The notes under the pieces are model-generated. The model saw only the letters and a list, made by a program, of their open reading frames with translations, was not told the origin of the DNA and did not search any database. Shown piece by piece: positions 41,016 through 50,983 of a stretch of 64,000 nucleotides of DNA. How positions within the stretch are numbered: position 1 is the stretch's first letter; every line of letters starts with the position of its first letter. A program made the position numbers and the translations under genes. Source of the stretch: Nitrospinaceae bacterium (GTDB lineage Bacteria > Nitrospinota > Nitrospinia > Nitrospinales > Nitrospinaceae). The stretch spans positions 2,112,001 through 2,176,000 of the forward strand of contig OZ250172.1 in the NCBI GenBank assembly GCA_965237905.1, written 5' to 3'.

Positions 41016-42077
41016 ATGCAAATGTGTAACCTCTCCACAACTCTTCCGGCACGACATTTTTATACACTGATTTTATTGGTTTTATTCCTCTGGGCAAGCG
41101 CCGGATGTGTTTCCGGCCCGGATCCTTCGGAGCACGATAATGCTGTTTCTCCGAAAGCCGTGGAACCCGCTGTCCCCGAAATGGCGGTACCCGACGGCTA
41201 CATCGAGCCTATTCCTCCTTTACCGAAAAAGGGATACCTGCTCAAAGAGCTGGCGAAGGACGTTTACTTTTTTTCGAATGGTGTCTACAACAACCTGTTC
41301 ATCGTGACCTCGGAGGGGATCATCCTCACCGATCCCATTCGCGGTGCCGGTCCTCTGTTGAAGAAAGCCATGGGGGAGGTGACGACGTTTCCCATAAAAA
41401 TCATGATTTATACCCATCCGCATCTGGATCACATCGGCGATGCCTCCCTGTTTGCCGAGGGGGCGAAGATTATCGCGCACAAGGAAACGCAATTGCTGCT
41501 ACAGCGGTACAAGGATCCGGCGCGCCCGGTGCCGCAAATCACTTTTGGCGAAAAGTCGGTCATCGAGTTGGGCGGTGTACGGGTCGATTTGATTTATCCC
41601 GGCGACGGGCACGGCAAGGGCAACATCATGATCTACCTGCCGCAGAAAAAGATACTCATGTTCGTCGATGTGGCCACGCCGAAATCGGTGCCGTTCAAAA
41701 ATTTTGGAACAGTCGATATCTACAGCCAGATCGTGGGATTGAAACGGGCTTTGCAGTTGGATTTCGAAACCTATGTCGCCGGGCATTTGTACCGTCCCGG
41801 CAAGCGCAGTGAAATGGAGGAGGTGCTGAAGTATTACCTGGCCTCCAAGCGTGCCAACGCCGAGGCGATGCGACGGGTCAATATTCGTGAGGTGATGCAG
41901 AAGTCGCAATCGAAAGATATCGAGCGCAAGATGGGGGAATACTACGAGGCGGTGGCGGAGGAGTGTTATCGTCTGTTGAAACCGGAATGGAAACCCCGGC
42001 TAATGGGATTCGAGGCCTTCGCCCGCGGCCACTGCGACACCTGGACCGCTTTTCATCGTACCCATAAAGCCCCCTAA
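41016..42077 (+). CDS. Exported MBL-fold metallo-hydrolase (probable lipoprotein)
   Basis: HPHLDHIG (HxHxDH), GHG, AGH; SAGC lipobox-like motif. Confidence 0.82.
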   Translation: MQMCNLSTTLPARHFYTLILLVLFLWASAGCVSGPDPSEHDNAVSPKAVEPAVPEMAVPDGYIEPIPPLPKKGYLLKELAKDVYFFSNGVYNNLFIVTSEGIILTDPIRGAGPLLKKAMGEVTTFPIKIMIYTHPHLDHIGDASLFAEGAKIIAHKETQLLLQRYKDPARPVPQITFGEKSVIELGGVRVDLIYPGDGHGKGNIMIYLPQKKILMFVDVATPKSVPFKNFGTVDIYSQIVGLKRALQLDFETYVAGHLYRPGKRSEMEEVLKYYLASKRANAEAMRRVNIREVMQKSQSKDIERKMGEYYEAVAEECYRLLKPEWKPRLMGFEAFARGHCDTWTAFHRTHKAP

Positions 42078-42098
42078 CCGGACAAGGCAGGCAACTTT

Positions 42099-42268
42099 CA
42101 CTGCAGAGGACGCAGAGGGCACAGAGAAAACCAAAGGCAGACAGGTCCTCCCAAACAGGTGATAACCATCAACATCCTGGAGGAACGAATAACGGGATCA
42201 GTAGGATAAACAGGATTTCAAAAATCTCCTCTCCCCTTAGGGGAGAGGATTAAGGTGAGGGGTGGAGT
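42099..42268 (+). repeat. Composite repeat A-B-C with an internal 43-bp insertion
   Basis: Collinear with 29159-29276, including linkers CACAGAGAAAACC..GCAGACAGG and terminal GAGGGGTGGAGT. Confidence 0.85.
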
Positions 42269-42295
42269 GTTAGCTACCAATTATTTCAGATATCA

Positions 42296-42370
42296 ACCCA
42301 GATCCTTTGTTTCACTCAGGATGACAAATAATATTGTATTGTCATTCTGAACGCAGTGAAGAATCTGGGT
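42296..42370. repeat. Imperfect inverted repeat with 32-bp arms (GTCATTCTGA...GAAGAATCT type)
   Basis: ACCCAGATCCTTTGTTTCACTCAGGATGACAA-N11-TTGTCATTCTGAACGCAGTGAAGAATCTGGGT. Confidence 0.8.
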
Positions 42371-42515
42371 TTATATTGCCTCTGGCCGTAGTCCGTTCAG
42401 TTTTACGAGGATTGGTATTATTTGTAAGGTTTTAAACGTTTCCTATACAATACACACGTAATATTATCGGTTTCCAGTGGGTTCCTCTATTGCATTGAGC
42501 AGGAAAGGTGTTGCC

Positions 42516-44156
42516 ATGAAAGCGTCTGATCTTTTTGTCCGGTCTCTTGAGCAGGAAGGTGTGGAATATATTTTTGGCGTTCCGGGGGAGGAGAACCTGG
42601 ATTTGCTGGAATCATTGCGCACTTCAAAAATCCAGTTGATCCTGACGCGTCATGAACAGGGTGCGGGTTTCATGGCCGCGACCTGCGGCCGCCTGACGGG
42701 CAAGGTGGGGGTTTGTTTGGCCACGCTGGGACCGGGGGCGACCAACCTGGTGACGGCCGGGGCGTACGCGCAACTGGGCGCCATGCCGATCCTGATGATC
42801 TCCGGACAGAAACCCATCTTGAAAAGCAAACAGGGTCGATTTCAGATCATCGATGTGGTGGAGATGATGAAACCGATTACCAAATTTACCAAACAGATCG
42901 TGCATGGCAACAGTATCCCGGTGCTGGTCCGGGAAGCGGTGCGCATGGCTCAAGAAGAGCGGCCGGGTGCCGTCCATCTGGAATTGCCGGAAGATATTGC
43001 CGCTGAGGAATGTACCACCACGCCGTATGAAGTCATGCATGCCCGGCGGGCACAAGCGGATGAAGCGGTGATCCATCAAGCGGTCGCCATGATCGGTGCT
43101 GCAAAACGTCCCCTCCTGCTCATCGGTGCCGGAGCCAACCGCAACCGGACGTGCCGCGCCTTGCGTCAATTGGTCGACAATATGGGGATTTACTTTTTTA
43201 ATACGCAAATGGGCAAGGGCGTGGTCGATGAGAGGCATCCTCATTTCCTCGGAACGGCGGCACTTTCCAATCAGGATTATCTGCACTGCGCGATCGACCG
43301 CGCCGACCTGATTATCAATGTCGGCCATGACGTGATTGAAAAGCCACCGTTCTTCATGGAGGAAGGGGGATCGAAAGTCATTCACATCAATTATTTTTCG
43401 GCGCAGGTCGATGAAGTGTATTTTCCGCAAGTGGAAGTGGTGGGAGATATCGCTGGCAGCGTCGAGCGCCTCGCCACCCAACTCAAAAAAATGAAGCACT
43501 GGGATTTCGATTATTTTGAGCGGGTCAAGAAAGAGATTGAGCTTCACGTAGAGGAACGAAGCAAGGACGCGCGCTATCCCATTATCCCCCAACACCTGGT
43601 GGCACAAGTGCGGAACGCCATGCCGGACGACGGAATCATCACCCTCGACAACGGCGTTTACAAGATTTGGTTCGCCCGGAACTACAAAGCCTATTCCACC
43701 AATACGGTTCTGCTGGATAATGCGTTGGCCACCATGGGGGCGGGACTGCCCTCGGCGATGGCCGCCAAAATCGTTCACCCCAATAGAAAAGTCATGGCCA
43801 TTTGCGGCGATGGCGGGTTTATGATGAACTCCCAGGAAATGGAAACGGCGGTCCGGTTGAAACTGGACCTCGTTGTTCTCATCCTGCGTGACAACGCTTA
43901 CGGGATGATCAAATGGAAACAGGCGGGAATGGGATTTAAGGATTTCGGTCTGGATTACGGCAATCCCGATTTCGTAAAATACGCCCAGGCTTATGGTGCT
44001 GAGGGACACCGTTTGGAATCCACCGAACAACTTGCCAGTTGCCTGCAAAAATGTCTCGATGCTCCGGGGGTGCATCTCGTAGAAGTTCCCGTCGACTATT
44101 CCGAAAACGAACGGGTGTTGATCGAAGAGCTGAAAGCGAAAACCTGTATCTTATAA
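42516..44156 (+). CDS. ThDP-dependent enzyme of the acetolactate synthase large-subunit family (possible 2-oxoacid decarboxylase)
   Basis: FGVPGEEN, RHEQGAGF, GPGATN, GDGGFMMN...DNAYG; no small regulatory subunit nearby. Confidence 0.88.
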   Translation: MKASDLFVRSLEQEGVEYIFGVPGEENLDLLESLRTSKIQLILTRHEQGAGFMAATCGRLTGKVGVCLATLGPGATNLVTAGAYAQLGAMPILMISGQKPILKSKQGRFQIIDVVEMMKPITKFTKQIVHGNSIPVLVREAVRMAQEERPGAVHLELPEDIAAEECTTTPYEVMHARRAQADEAVIHQAVAMIGAAKRPLLLIGAGANRNRTCRALRQLVDNMGIYFFNTQMGKGVVDERHPHFLGTAALSNQDYLHCAIDRADLIINVGHDVIEKPPFFMEEGGSKVIHINYFSAQVDEVYFPQVEVVGDIAGSVERLATQLKKMKHWDFDYFERVKKEIELHVEERSKDARYPIIPQHLVAQVRNAMPDDGIITLDNGVYKIWFARNYKAYSTNTVLLDNALATMGAGLPSAMAAKIVHPNRKVMAICGDGGFMMNSQEMETAVRLKLDLVVLILRDNAYGMIKWKQAGMGFKDFGLDYGNPDFVKYAQAYGAEGHRLESTEQLASCLQKCLDAPGVHLVEVPVDYSENERVLIEELKAKTCIL

Positions 44157-44185
44157 ATTAATGTACATTCCCGCGAGGAGCTTTA

Positions 44186-45580
44186 ATGTCCGATAAACTC
44201 AAAATCCTTTCCCCGTTCGACGGTCACCTGATTTCGGAAGTCGAATGGGACGACGCCAAAAAGCTGGAGCGCATGCTTACCGCGGCCTATCGGTTGACGC
44301 AAAATCCGGACCACACGATCCCAATTCCCCAACGCACCGACATTCTTGAAAAGACTGCGAATCTTGTCGAAGCCAAAGCTGAAGAATTTGCCCGGCAAGC
44401 CGCGGAAGAAGGCGGCAAGCCGCTGATCGATTCGCGCGTCGAGCTGGACCGTGCAGTGCAGGGCATTCGGGAGGCGGCGCGCTCCATCAACCAACTGGCG
44501 GGCCGCGAGATTCCCATGAACCTGACCGCCTCGTCGATAAACCGGATGGCCACTACCCGGCGCGAACCGATCGGCGTGGTGGCGGCGGTGAGCGCGTTCA
44601 ATCATCCGTTCAACCTGATTGTGCATCAAGTGGTCCCGGCCGTAGCGGTGGGGTGCCCGGTCATTGTGAAACCGGCGACGACCACGCCGCTCTCGTGTTT
44701 CAATCTCGTCAACTGCCTGTACGCAGCCGGGCTTCCCAAAGAATGGTGTCAGATTCTGGTGAGCGATAGGGTGATTGCGGAAAAATTAGTGACCGATTCC
44801 CGCACCGCATTTTTTTCTTTCATCGGCTCCGCAAAGGTCGGTTGGCATCTGCGTTCCAAACTGGCGCCCGGAACCCGTTGCACTTTGGAACACGGCGGCG
44901 CGGCTCCTGTCATTATGGATGAAGACGCGGATGTGAAAGACGCGTTGCCGTTGCTGGCGAAGGGCGGCTTCTATCATGCCGGGCAGGTTTGTGTGTCCGT
45001 GCAACGCGTGTTTGCGCATGAATCCATCGTCGAGGCCGTGGCCGGTGGACTGACCGACCTCGCCAAAAAACTGGTGGTGGGTGATCCAACCGATGCGGCC
45101 ACGGAAGTGGGCCCTCTCATCTTGGAACGGGAAGTAGACCGTGTGGCCGAATGGGTGGAGGAGGCGCGGTCTGCCGGCGCGAAAGTGTTGACCGGCGGCA
45201 AAAAAATCGGGAGCACCTGTTATGCGCCGACGGTTTTGCTGAACCCTCCCGATCAAGTGAAAGTGTCGCGCGAGGAAATTTTCGGTCCTGTCGTTTGCGT
45301 CTATGCGTTCAAGGATCGCTTGGAGGCGATCGAGCGCGCCAATCAAATTCCCTACTCGTTTCAAGCCGCCGTGTTTACAAAAAATATCGATACCGCTCTG
45401 GACTCCGCGAAACGTTTAAACGCCGCCGCCGTGATGGTGAACGATCACACCGCCTTTCGGGTGGACTGGATGCCGTTCGCGGGACGCAATACCTCGGGCT
45501 TGGGGGTAGGCGGCATCCTGCCGACGATGGAGGAGATGACCGAAGAAAAAATGATTGTGTTCCGGTCGCCCGGTATTTAA
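44186..45580 (+). CDS. Aldehyde dehydrogenase family protein
   Basis: AFNHP, KPA, FIGS, LEHGG, AGQVCVS, EEIFGPV. Confidence 0.93.
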   Translation: MSDKLKILSPFDGHLISEVEWDDAKKLERMLTAAYRLTQNPDHTIPIPQRTDILEKTANLVEAKAEEFARQAAEEGGKPLIDSRVELDRAVQGIREAARSINQLAGREIPMNLTASSINRMATTRREPIGVVAAVSAFNHPFNLIVHQVVPAVAVGCPVIVKPATTTPLSCFNLVNCLYAAGLPKEWCQILVSDRVIAEKLVTDSRTAFFSFIGSAKVGWHLRSKLAPGTRCTLEHGGAAPVIMDEDADVKDALPLLAKGGFYHAGQVCVSVQRVFAHESIVEAVAGGLTDLAKKLVVGDPTDAATEVGPLILEREVDRVAEWVEEARSAGAKVLTGGKKIGSTCYAPTVLLNPPDQVKVSREEIFGPVVCVYAFKDRLEAIERANQIPYSFQAAVFTKNIDTALDSAKRLNAAAVMVNDHTAFRVDWMPFAGRNTSGLGVGGILPTMEEMTEEKMIVFRSPGI

Positions 45581-45602
45581 TCCTAATAAAAAGGATCTGT
45601 TT

Positions 45603-46058
45603 ATGAATAAGGAAAAACTGGAACCACTCGCCAAGGATTTAAGAAAGGGGCCCCCGCGAAGTCCGAGAGAAGTTTTGGGCGGCTACGTCATTCTCGCCCG
45701 CTGTCTGGACAAATGCCGCGCGTTCCTATTGGGAATGAATGGGGAATACAATTACTGGTACTGCTCGTTGTGCGATCAGCTGGAACAATTTTCCGGAGTC
45801 GACCACGATCTCATGAAAGAATTTGTGGCAACGGGAGTGACCGATGAAGAAGTCGCGGAATGGTTCAGGGAGCAATCCAAAATCAAAGACCCTATGGAGG
45901 TCATCCGCTGGAACAATAAAATGCGGGGCATGCGGTTGAGCGAAATGTCGAACGAGGGGCAGGAATATCTGGAGGGATATATCCTGGAATACCTTCCGTC
46001 GCACCCACCCGTTTATGTCTGGTTCGACGTCTATGATGTGGAGGAGGGCCGGTTGTAG
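45603..46058 (+). CDS. DUF5069-like protein
   Basis: DL...PPRSPR..LGGYVILAR.LDKCRA...G..GEY pattern. Confidence 0.75.
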   Translation: MNKEKLEPLAKDLRKGPPRSPREVLGGYVILARCLDKCRAFLLGMNGEYNYWYCSLCDQLEQFSGVDHDLMKEFVATGVTDEEVAEWFREQSKIKDPMEVIRWNNKMRGMRLSEMSNEGQEYLEGYILEYLPSHPPVYVWFDVYDVEEGRL

Positions 46059-46114
46059 CCTACTGGAACGATTTCTTCTGCAATTTCGAAAATGTCCCAC
46101 ATAAAGATAAAAAG

Positions 46115-46444
46115 TTAAACGCAAAACTTAAATGCGTGTTCTACAGAATAGTTTATATAAGAGGAAACATGGTAGGTGTCTCCTGTTTCATAAATGATTT
46201 TTATCACGGTACTATCAGGCCATCGCTTAGGATCATTTTCCAATAATTTTAGTATTGTTTGGGATACTGCATGCTGGATTTCATTAATACCGCGCATTTT
46301 TTCTCCGTAAGCAATCTCATTTGAATCAGCTTCGTAAGTATCCCGCCCCATTATTGTCAGCTCGTAGCTCAATAGGACCAGAAAGCGTATTTGTATTTCC
46401 AATGAGAGTGTGGAGTAAAGTTTTATGGTTTCCGAACAATTCAT
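46115..46444 (-). CDS. Hypothetical protein (AT-rich gene)
   Basis: 109-aa ORF with AGGA RBS. Confidence 0.65.
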   Translation of the reverse strand: MNCSETIKLYSTLSLEIQIRFLVLLSYELTIMGRDTYEADSNEIAYGEKMRGINEIQHAVSQTILKLLENDPKRWPDSTVIKIIYETGDTYHVSSYINYSVEHAFKFCV

Positions 46445-46477
46445 ATCCTATTAAACCTTCATTATAAGAATAAATAA

Positions 46478-46741
46478 TTAACCTGCAGAGCCCAAAGCAA
46501 AAAAAGCCGCCTCTCCGAGATAAAGCAGTCCCGCCACACCTATCCTGACTCTATTTAAAACTTTTCTTGGGCTTTCATCACGGCTGAATAGCAGAGGGAT
46601 GCCCAAAAGAAACATCGCGAGGAGTATGAAAACGAGCCCAGTTATTGCATCAAAGACAGACTTAAAAAGATAAAGGGGTACTAAAAGGAGTGCCCATAGG
46701 ATTGGGGACAATAAAACATAGAACTCTTTAAAGAGTTTCAT
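46478..46741 (-). CDS. Small hypothetical membrane protein (about 3 TM)
   Basis: 87-aa hydrophobic ORF starting 12 bp after the upstream stop. Confidence 0.55.
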   Translation of the reverse strand: MKLFKEFYVLLSPILWALLLVPLYLFKSVFDAITGLVFILLAMFLLGIPLLFSRDESPRKVLNRVRIGVAGLLYLGEAAFFALGSAG

Positions 46742-46753
46742 TTGCTTGAATGG

Positions 46754-48061
46754 TTAATTGGTCGTTTCGAGCCAGGAACATCTTTTCCGGACTAACGCAG
46801 AAGTTCCCAGATGCCCGATGCCATGGGCAATCAACTGTATGACTCTTTGATCATTATCATAGCCGTTATGTGCCTCGCCGGGGCTGGCGATATCTCCCAG
46901 TCCCAGCACAGAGACGACTTTGGCCACGTTGATGCTGATATTCGTCATTTTCGGGCAGATTCGGGGATCCATTTTTTCCCGCGCAAACTTGGGGGGGATC
47001 TCATAACTCAAGAGGTCGTTCGGGTCGCTGAAGGCTAAAATATGCAGTTCCTTGAATAGCCGGTCGTTGTGTTTGTTACCGTCAGGTCGGCAATACTGGT
47101 TGATCTGACCCGTCACTTTCGGTTTGTCCCGTCCCAATTGCAGAAGGGGTAATTGGTTGGCCAGCATGATGATCGGGATCTTTTTATTCTTGAGCGCTTT
47201 CAGCATGTTCACCACTTGCGGGGGTTCATTGAATTCGCCCTCATTCGAGGTTTCTCCTGCAATCTCCTGCAGGGAATCAATAATGATTCGGCTTCCCAGG
47301 CTGTGAGTCACTACCGCGTAATCATCTTCCTGAATTTCTTTGTGCAACGATCGGACTCTGGAATTGCAAAATTTTTTCTGACGCGGCTGGAGATCTCTCC
47401 AATCGCCATGAAACATCCAGCAAAAGGATTGAACGACCGAGGCAATAATTTTAGAACGGCTGTTTCCCTGATAGATCATAGGGTCGGGTACATGGGAGTT
47501 GATAAACTCCTTCATGATTTTGTTAATGTCCGCTCTTTTGTAGCTGTACTTCTCTGAGCCGTCGTATTCAATTTCCCGTTTTTCCGCCTGGCTGATTTCA
47601 GACCAGGTGAGCTCATAGAAAAGCAATTCCCGGGTTCGATTTTTGTTGAAAAATCGGTGCACCGCCAGATGACCCAAAGGTTCATTGCCAAAGGCCGGGT
47701 CCGCCAGGTTAATTTCTTTGACTATTTCCTCAGTGACATTCAATTGAAGCCTGCGTGTCAGATGGGTGGAAAACCGGGTTGAATAACCCGGGAGATGATG
47801 CCCAATGCCATGGATCATTAAAATTTTCGTTGTGGGGCGATCCTTTGATCTATCTGCAGGAGAAATGAGTTCTCCCTGATTCTTCATAAAGGATTCCAGT
47901 CCCCGAAACGCGGGTCCATTGACATCGCAGGCCCGGGTATCTTTTTTATTGTCCTCTCTTTCGAATATTGATTCGGCGATGCCCTTGCTAATGCTGGCAC
48001 AGCCCGACAAATACAAAGAGAGGATTGCCAGCAATAGAATTCGTATAAAAAAAGGAGTCAT
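46754..48061 (-). CDS. Lipoprotein with alpha/beta-hydrolase-like motifs
   Basis: Lipobox LSGC; IHGIG, VVTHSLGS, SDPNDLLSY, AHNGY. Confidence 0.75.
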   Translation of the reverse strand: MTPFFIRILLLAILSLYLSGCASISKGIAESIFEREDNKKDTRACDVNGPAFRGLESFMKNQGELISPADRSKDRPTTKILMIHGIGHHLPGYSTRFSTHLTRRLQLNVTEEIVKEINLADPAFGNEPLGHLAVHRFFNKNRTRELLFYELTWSEISQAEKREIEYDGSEKYSYKRADINKIMKEFINSHVPDPMIYQGNSRSKIIASVVQSFCWMFHGDWRDLQPRQKKFCNSRVRSLHKEIQEDDYAVVTHSLGSRIIIDSLQEIAGETSNEGEFNEPPQVVNMLKALKNKKIPIIMLANQLPLLQLGRDKPKVTGQINQYCRPDGNKHNDRLFKELHILAFSDPNDLLSYEIPPKFAREKMDPRICPKMTNISINVAKVVSVLGLGDIASPGEAHNGYDNDQRVIQLIAHGIGHLGTSALVRKRCSWLETTN

Positions 48062-48064
48062 GCG

Positions 48065-48108
48065 TAATCCTGTTCATCCATGTTGATGTGCAAAATACGG
48101 ATCCTGTT
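48065..48108 (-). repeat. Degenerate module B (ATCCTGTTCATCC)
   Basis: AATCCTGTTCATCC matches 3625-3638; a second ATCCTGTTC lies near 48101. Confidence 0.45.
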
Positions 48109-48278
48109 CGATTAACGATATGAAATAGTATAACCGCTCTGCTGCGGTATTTATCTATTTTAAAATAGTTCCACAAAGAAAAATCCGTCCCAAAAGAAGT
48201 AAAAAAGCTTCACGATTGCCCTTTTAGAGTGAGTGGGCGGTCCTGATGGTTTTCGTTATTGTAGAAAAGAAGTAAGGG

Positions 48279-49280
48279 TTAAGAGCCGTGATAAAGCTCG
48301 AGGATGGTTGGGACGTGGGTTTGGAAATGGGCGGGCATGCGGCCGCCGAGATGGGTCACCACCTGCGCCGCGCAGTAGGAACCGAGAATTGCCGATTTTT
48401 TCAGACCATGATTGTGGATGAGTCCGTGTAGAGATCCGGCGGCATAGAGATCGCCCGCGCCGGTGGTGTCGACCGCCTTCACTGTAAACGGGTCGATATG
48501 AATTTTGGCGTGTTGCGAGTTGGCGGCCCATGATCCTTCGGCACCGCGCGTCATGAACAGGGTATCGACCATTCCCTTCAATTCGGCGAAGGCCTCCTCG
48601 TCTTTTTCCTCGCCGGTCATGGCTCGCGCTTCAATGTTGTTGCAGAACAGGATGTCCACCTTCCAGCGAATGAAATCGATCAATGATTCCTTGTAGGTGT
48701 TGACGACGAACGCGTCGCTCAAAGTAAAAGCGACGGGCACACCGGCCTGGCGCGCGGCATCGGCCATTTTGAGTGCGGCGTCGCGGGTTTCGTCACCCGT
48801 CCACAGGTAGCCTTCGATGTATACGGTTCGTGCTTCCTTGACGATGGTATCGTCCACGTTGTCGGGATGCAGTTGTGACGAGATACCGAGGTGTGTGAGC
48901 ATGGTGCGTTCGCTATCCGGGGTAATGAGGATCAGGCAGGTGCCGGTGCCATCGGTCTTCGCGTCCGGACCGGGAAACCCGACGCCGCAGTCTTTCATGT
49001 CGTCCGTGTAATGTTTGCCGAAGGAGTCGTCGGCGACACGTCCCAGGTAATACCCTTTGCCGCCGAGTGCGGAGAAGCCGTGGATGGTGTTGGCGGCGGA
49101 CCCGCCGGAGGCGATCTTCTGCGTGTGGTTGGAAATTTGCGACAGAATCTGGTCCTGATTTTCCTTGGTGGACAAGGTCATGCCGCCCTTGGTGACTTCC
49201 AGAGTGCGTACCAGGTCGTCCGAGACCTGCACTTCGATATCCACCAGCGCGTTGCCGATACCCACCAGATCGTAGCTCAT
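48279..49280 (-). CDS. PfkB-family carbohydrate/adenosine kinase
   Basis: GNALVD, GGSAANT, ERTMLTHLG, DTTGAGD. Confidence 0.92.
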   Translation of the reverse strand: MSYDLVGIGNALVDIEVQVSDDLVRTLEVTKGGMTLSTKENQDQILSQISNHTQKIASGGSAANTIHGFSALGGKGYYLGRVADDSFGKHYTDDMKDCGVGFPGPDAKTDGTGTCLILITPDSERTMLTHLGISSQLHPDNVDDTIVKEARTVYIEGYLWTGDETRDAALKMADAARQAGVPVAFTLSDAFVVNTYKESLIDFIRWKVDILFCNNIEARAMTGEEKDEEAFAELKGMVDTLFMTRGAEGSWAANSQHAKIHIDPFTVKAVDTTGAGDLYAAGSLHGLIHNHGLKKSAILGSYCAAQVVTHLGGRMPAHFQTHVPTILELYHGS

Positions 49281-49438
49281 AAGTATTTCCAGTATTGAGA
49301 AAGGGTGATTTAAAAGTTTCCTGACCTTATAAAAATAGCTCCGTCAGGACATCTTGGTCAAGAGTAGTGACGAAAGGATACGGCGTGTGACGGAAATTGT
49401 CAATTGCATTGAAATTGTTACGCTTGTACAATTTAAAG

Positions 49439-50983
49439 ATGCACTTCACTTCGATTAAAAAACAACTCTTCCTCTCTGTTCTCGCTTTGGCGTTATTTTT
49501 GACGCCGGGGTTCGGGCTGGCCGAGGATTATGAGACGGACGCCGACCCCGCTATCGAAAATTTTCGTAACGCGGTCGATTCGATTTTAACGCAGTCCTGT
49601 CACAGGGGACTGCGCGTCGGTGCCAAGTTCTATTCGCTGGATCGCCAGCAGGTGATCTACGCCCGCAACAGCGACAGCCTGTTCACGCCTGCGTCCAACA
49701 TGAAAATGTTCACCTCCGCCATGGCGCTCAAAAAAGTGGGGCCGGATTACCGTTTTCATACCCGTCTGTACACCAACGGCAGAATTCAGGGGACGACACT
49801 CAAGGGCGATTTATACATCAAAGGCTTTGGCGATCCCAGCCTGGTAACGGAGCAGATGTGGATTCTGGTAAACGAGTTGAAGAATTTGTCCATCACCAAA
49901 ATCGAAGGGAACATCATAGCGGACAACAGTTATTTCGACGGGCAGGGCAAGTTGAAAACCTGGACCTCCTACAAGGGTCCCGAGGCCTACCTCGCGCCGA
50001 CCGGGGCGTTGTCGTTCAACTTCAATACCGTGACGGTTTATGTGGAGCCGGGGAAAAAACCGGGGAACAGGCCACGCGTGGTGGTGGACCCGGATATCGA
50101 ATATTTCCGCGTCAGAAATAAAGCGGTAACCACCGTGAACAAACGGAGCCGGAGGAAATTGATCGTTAACCGCCTGGAACGCAAAAATCATGACGAGATC
50201 GTCATCAAGGGACGGCTTCCCAAAAATGTGGCCCGCAAGAAATTTTATCTGAACGTCACCGATCCGCAGAGGTACACGGCGCTGGCCTTCAAAAGGTTTC
50301 TCCATCAAGCTGGGGTGCGGGTGACTGGTAAAGTGAAGAAGGGCCTGGTGCCCGAAGGCGCCAGGATGGTGTTGGACCACGAATCGCCGCCGCTAGGGCA
50401 GATTTTGCGCGGCCTCAACAAGTTCAGCAACAACTTCATCGCCGAGCAGATTCTTAAAACTCTGGCGGCTCAATTTATCAGCGAACCGGGAACCACGGAA
50501 AATGGCGTCCTGTTACTGCAGGACTACATGCAGGAACTCGGCTTCACCCCCGATCAGTACCGTATGGTCGATGGCTCCGGCCTATCCAAGACCAACCTGG
50601 TCACTCCCGATCAGGTGATCGCGCTGTTGGAAGACGCGCACTCCGATCTCAGTATTTTCCCCGAGTTTATTTCCGCGCTGGGTGTGATGGGCCTCGATGG
50701 CAGTGTGATCGACCGCATGGACCACAAGAAGGAAGCCCAGAAGATTCGCGTGAAAACGGGAACACTCAACCACGTCAGCGCGTTGTCCGGATACTTTCAA
50801 TCACAGGACGGCGAACGGTTCGCGTTTTCGATTCTGTTGAACGATGTGAAGTGTTCCAACGGCAAGGCGATGAAACTGCAAGATGAGATTATGGAGATGG
50901 CTTTGAAATTTCAGCGGGAGGAAAGCGCTGAAGAAGAGGAGCCCCAGATTCAGTTTGGCGGGGGAATTCTGACGCAGGATTAG
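49439..50983 (+). CDS. dacB: D-alanyl-D-alanine carboxypeptidase/endopeptidase (PBP4, peptidase S13)
   Basis: PASNMK (SxxK), SNN, DGSGLS, KTGTL. Confidence 0.94.
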   Translation: MHFTSIKKQLFLSVLALALFLTPGFGLAEDYETDADPAIENFRNAVDSILTQSCHRGLRVGAKFYSLDRQQVIYARNSDSLFTPASNMKMFTSAMALKKVGPDYRFHTRLYTNGRIQGTTLKGDLYIKGFGDPSLVTEQMWILVNELKNLSITKIEGNIIADNSYFDGQGKLKTWTSYKGPEAYLAPTGALSFNFNTVTVYVEPGKKPGNRPRVVVDPDIEYFRVRNKAVTTVNKRSRRKLIVNRLERKNHDEIVIKGRLPKNVARKKFYLNVTDPQRYTALAFKRFLHQAGVRVTGKVKKGLVPEGARMVLDHESPPLGQILRGLNKFSNNFIAEQILKTLAAQFISEPGTTENGVLLLQDYMQELGFTPDQYRMVDGSGLSKTNLVTPDQVIALLEDAHSDLSIFPEFISALGVMGLDGSVIDRMDHKKEAQKIRVKTGTLNHVSALSGYFQSQDGERFAFSILLNDVKCSNGKAMKLQDEIMEMALKFQREESAEEEEPQIQFGGGILTQD

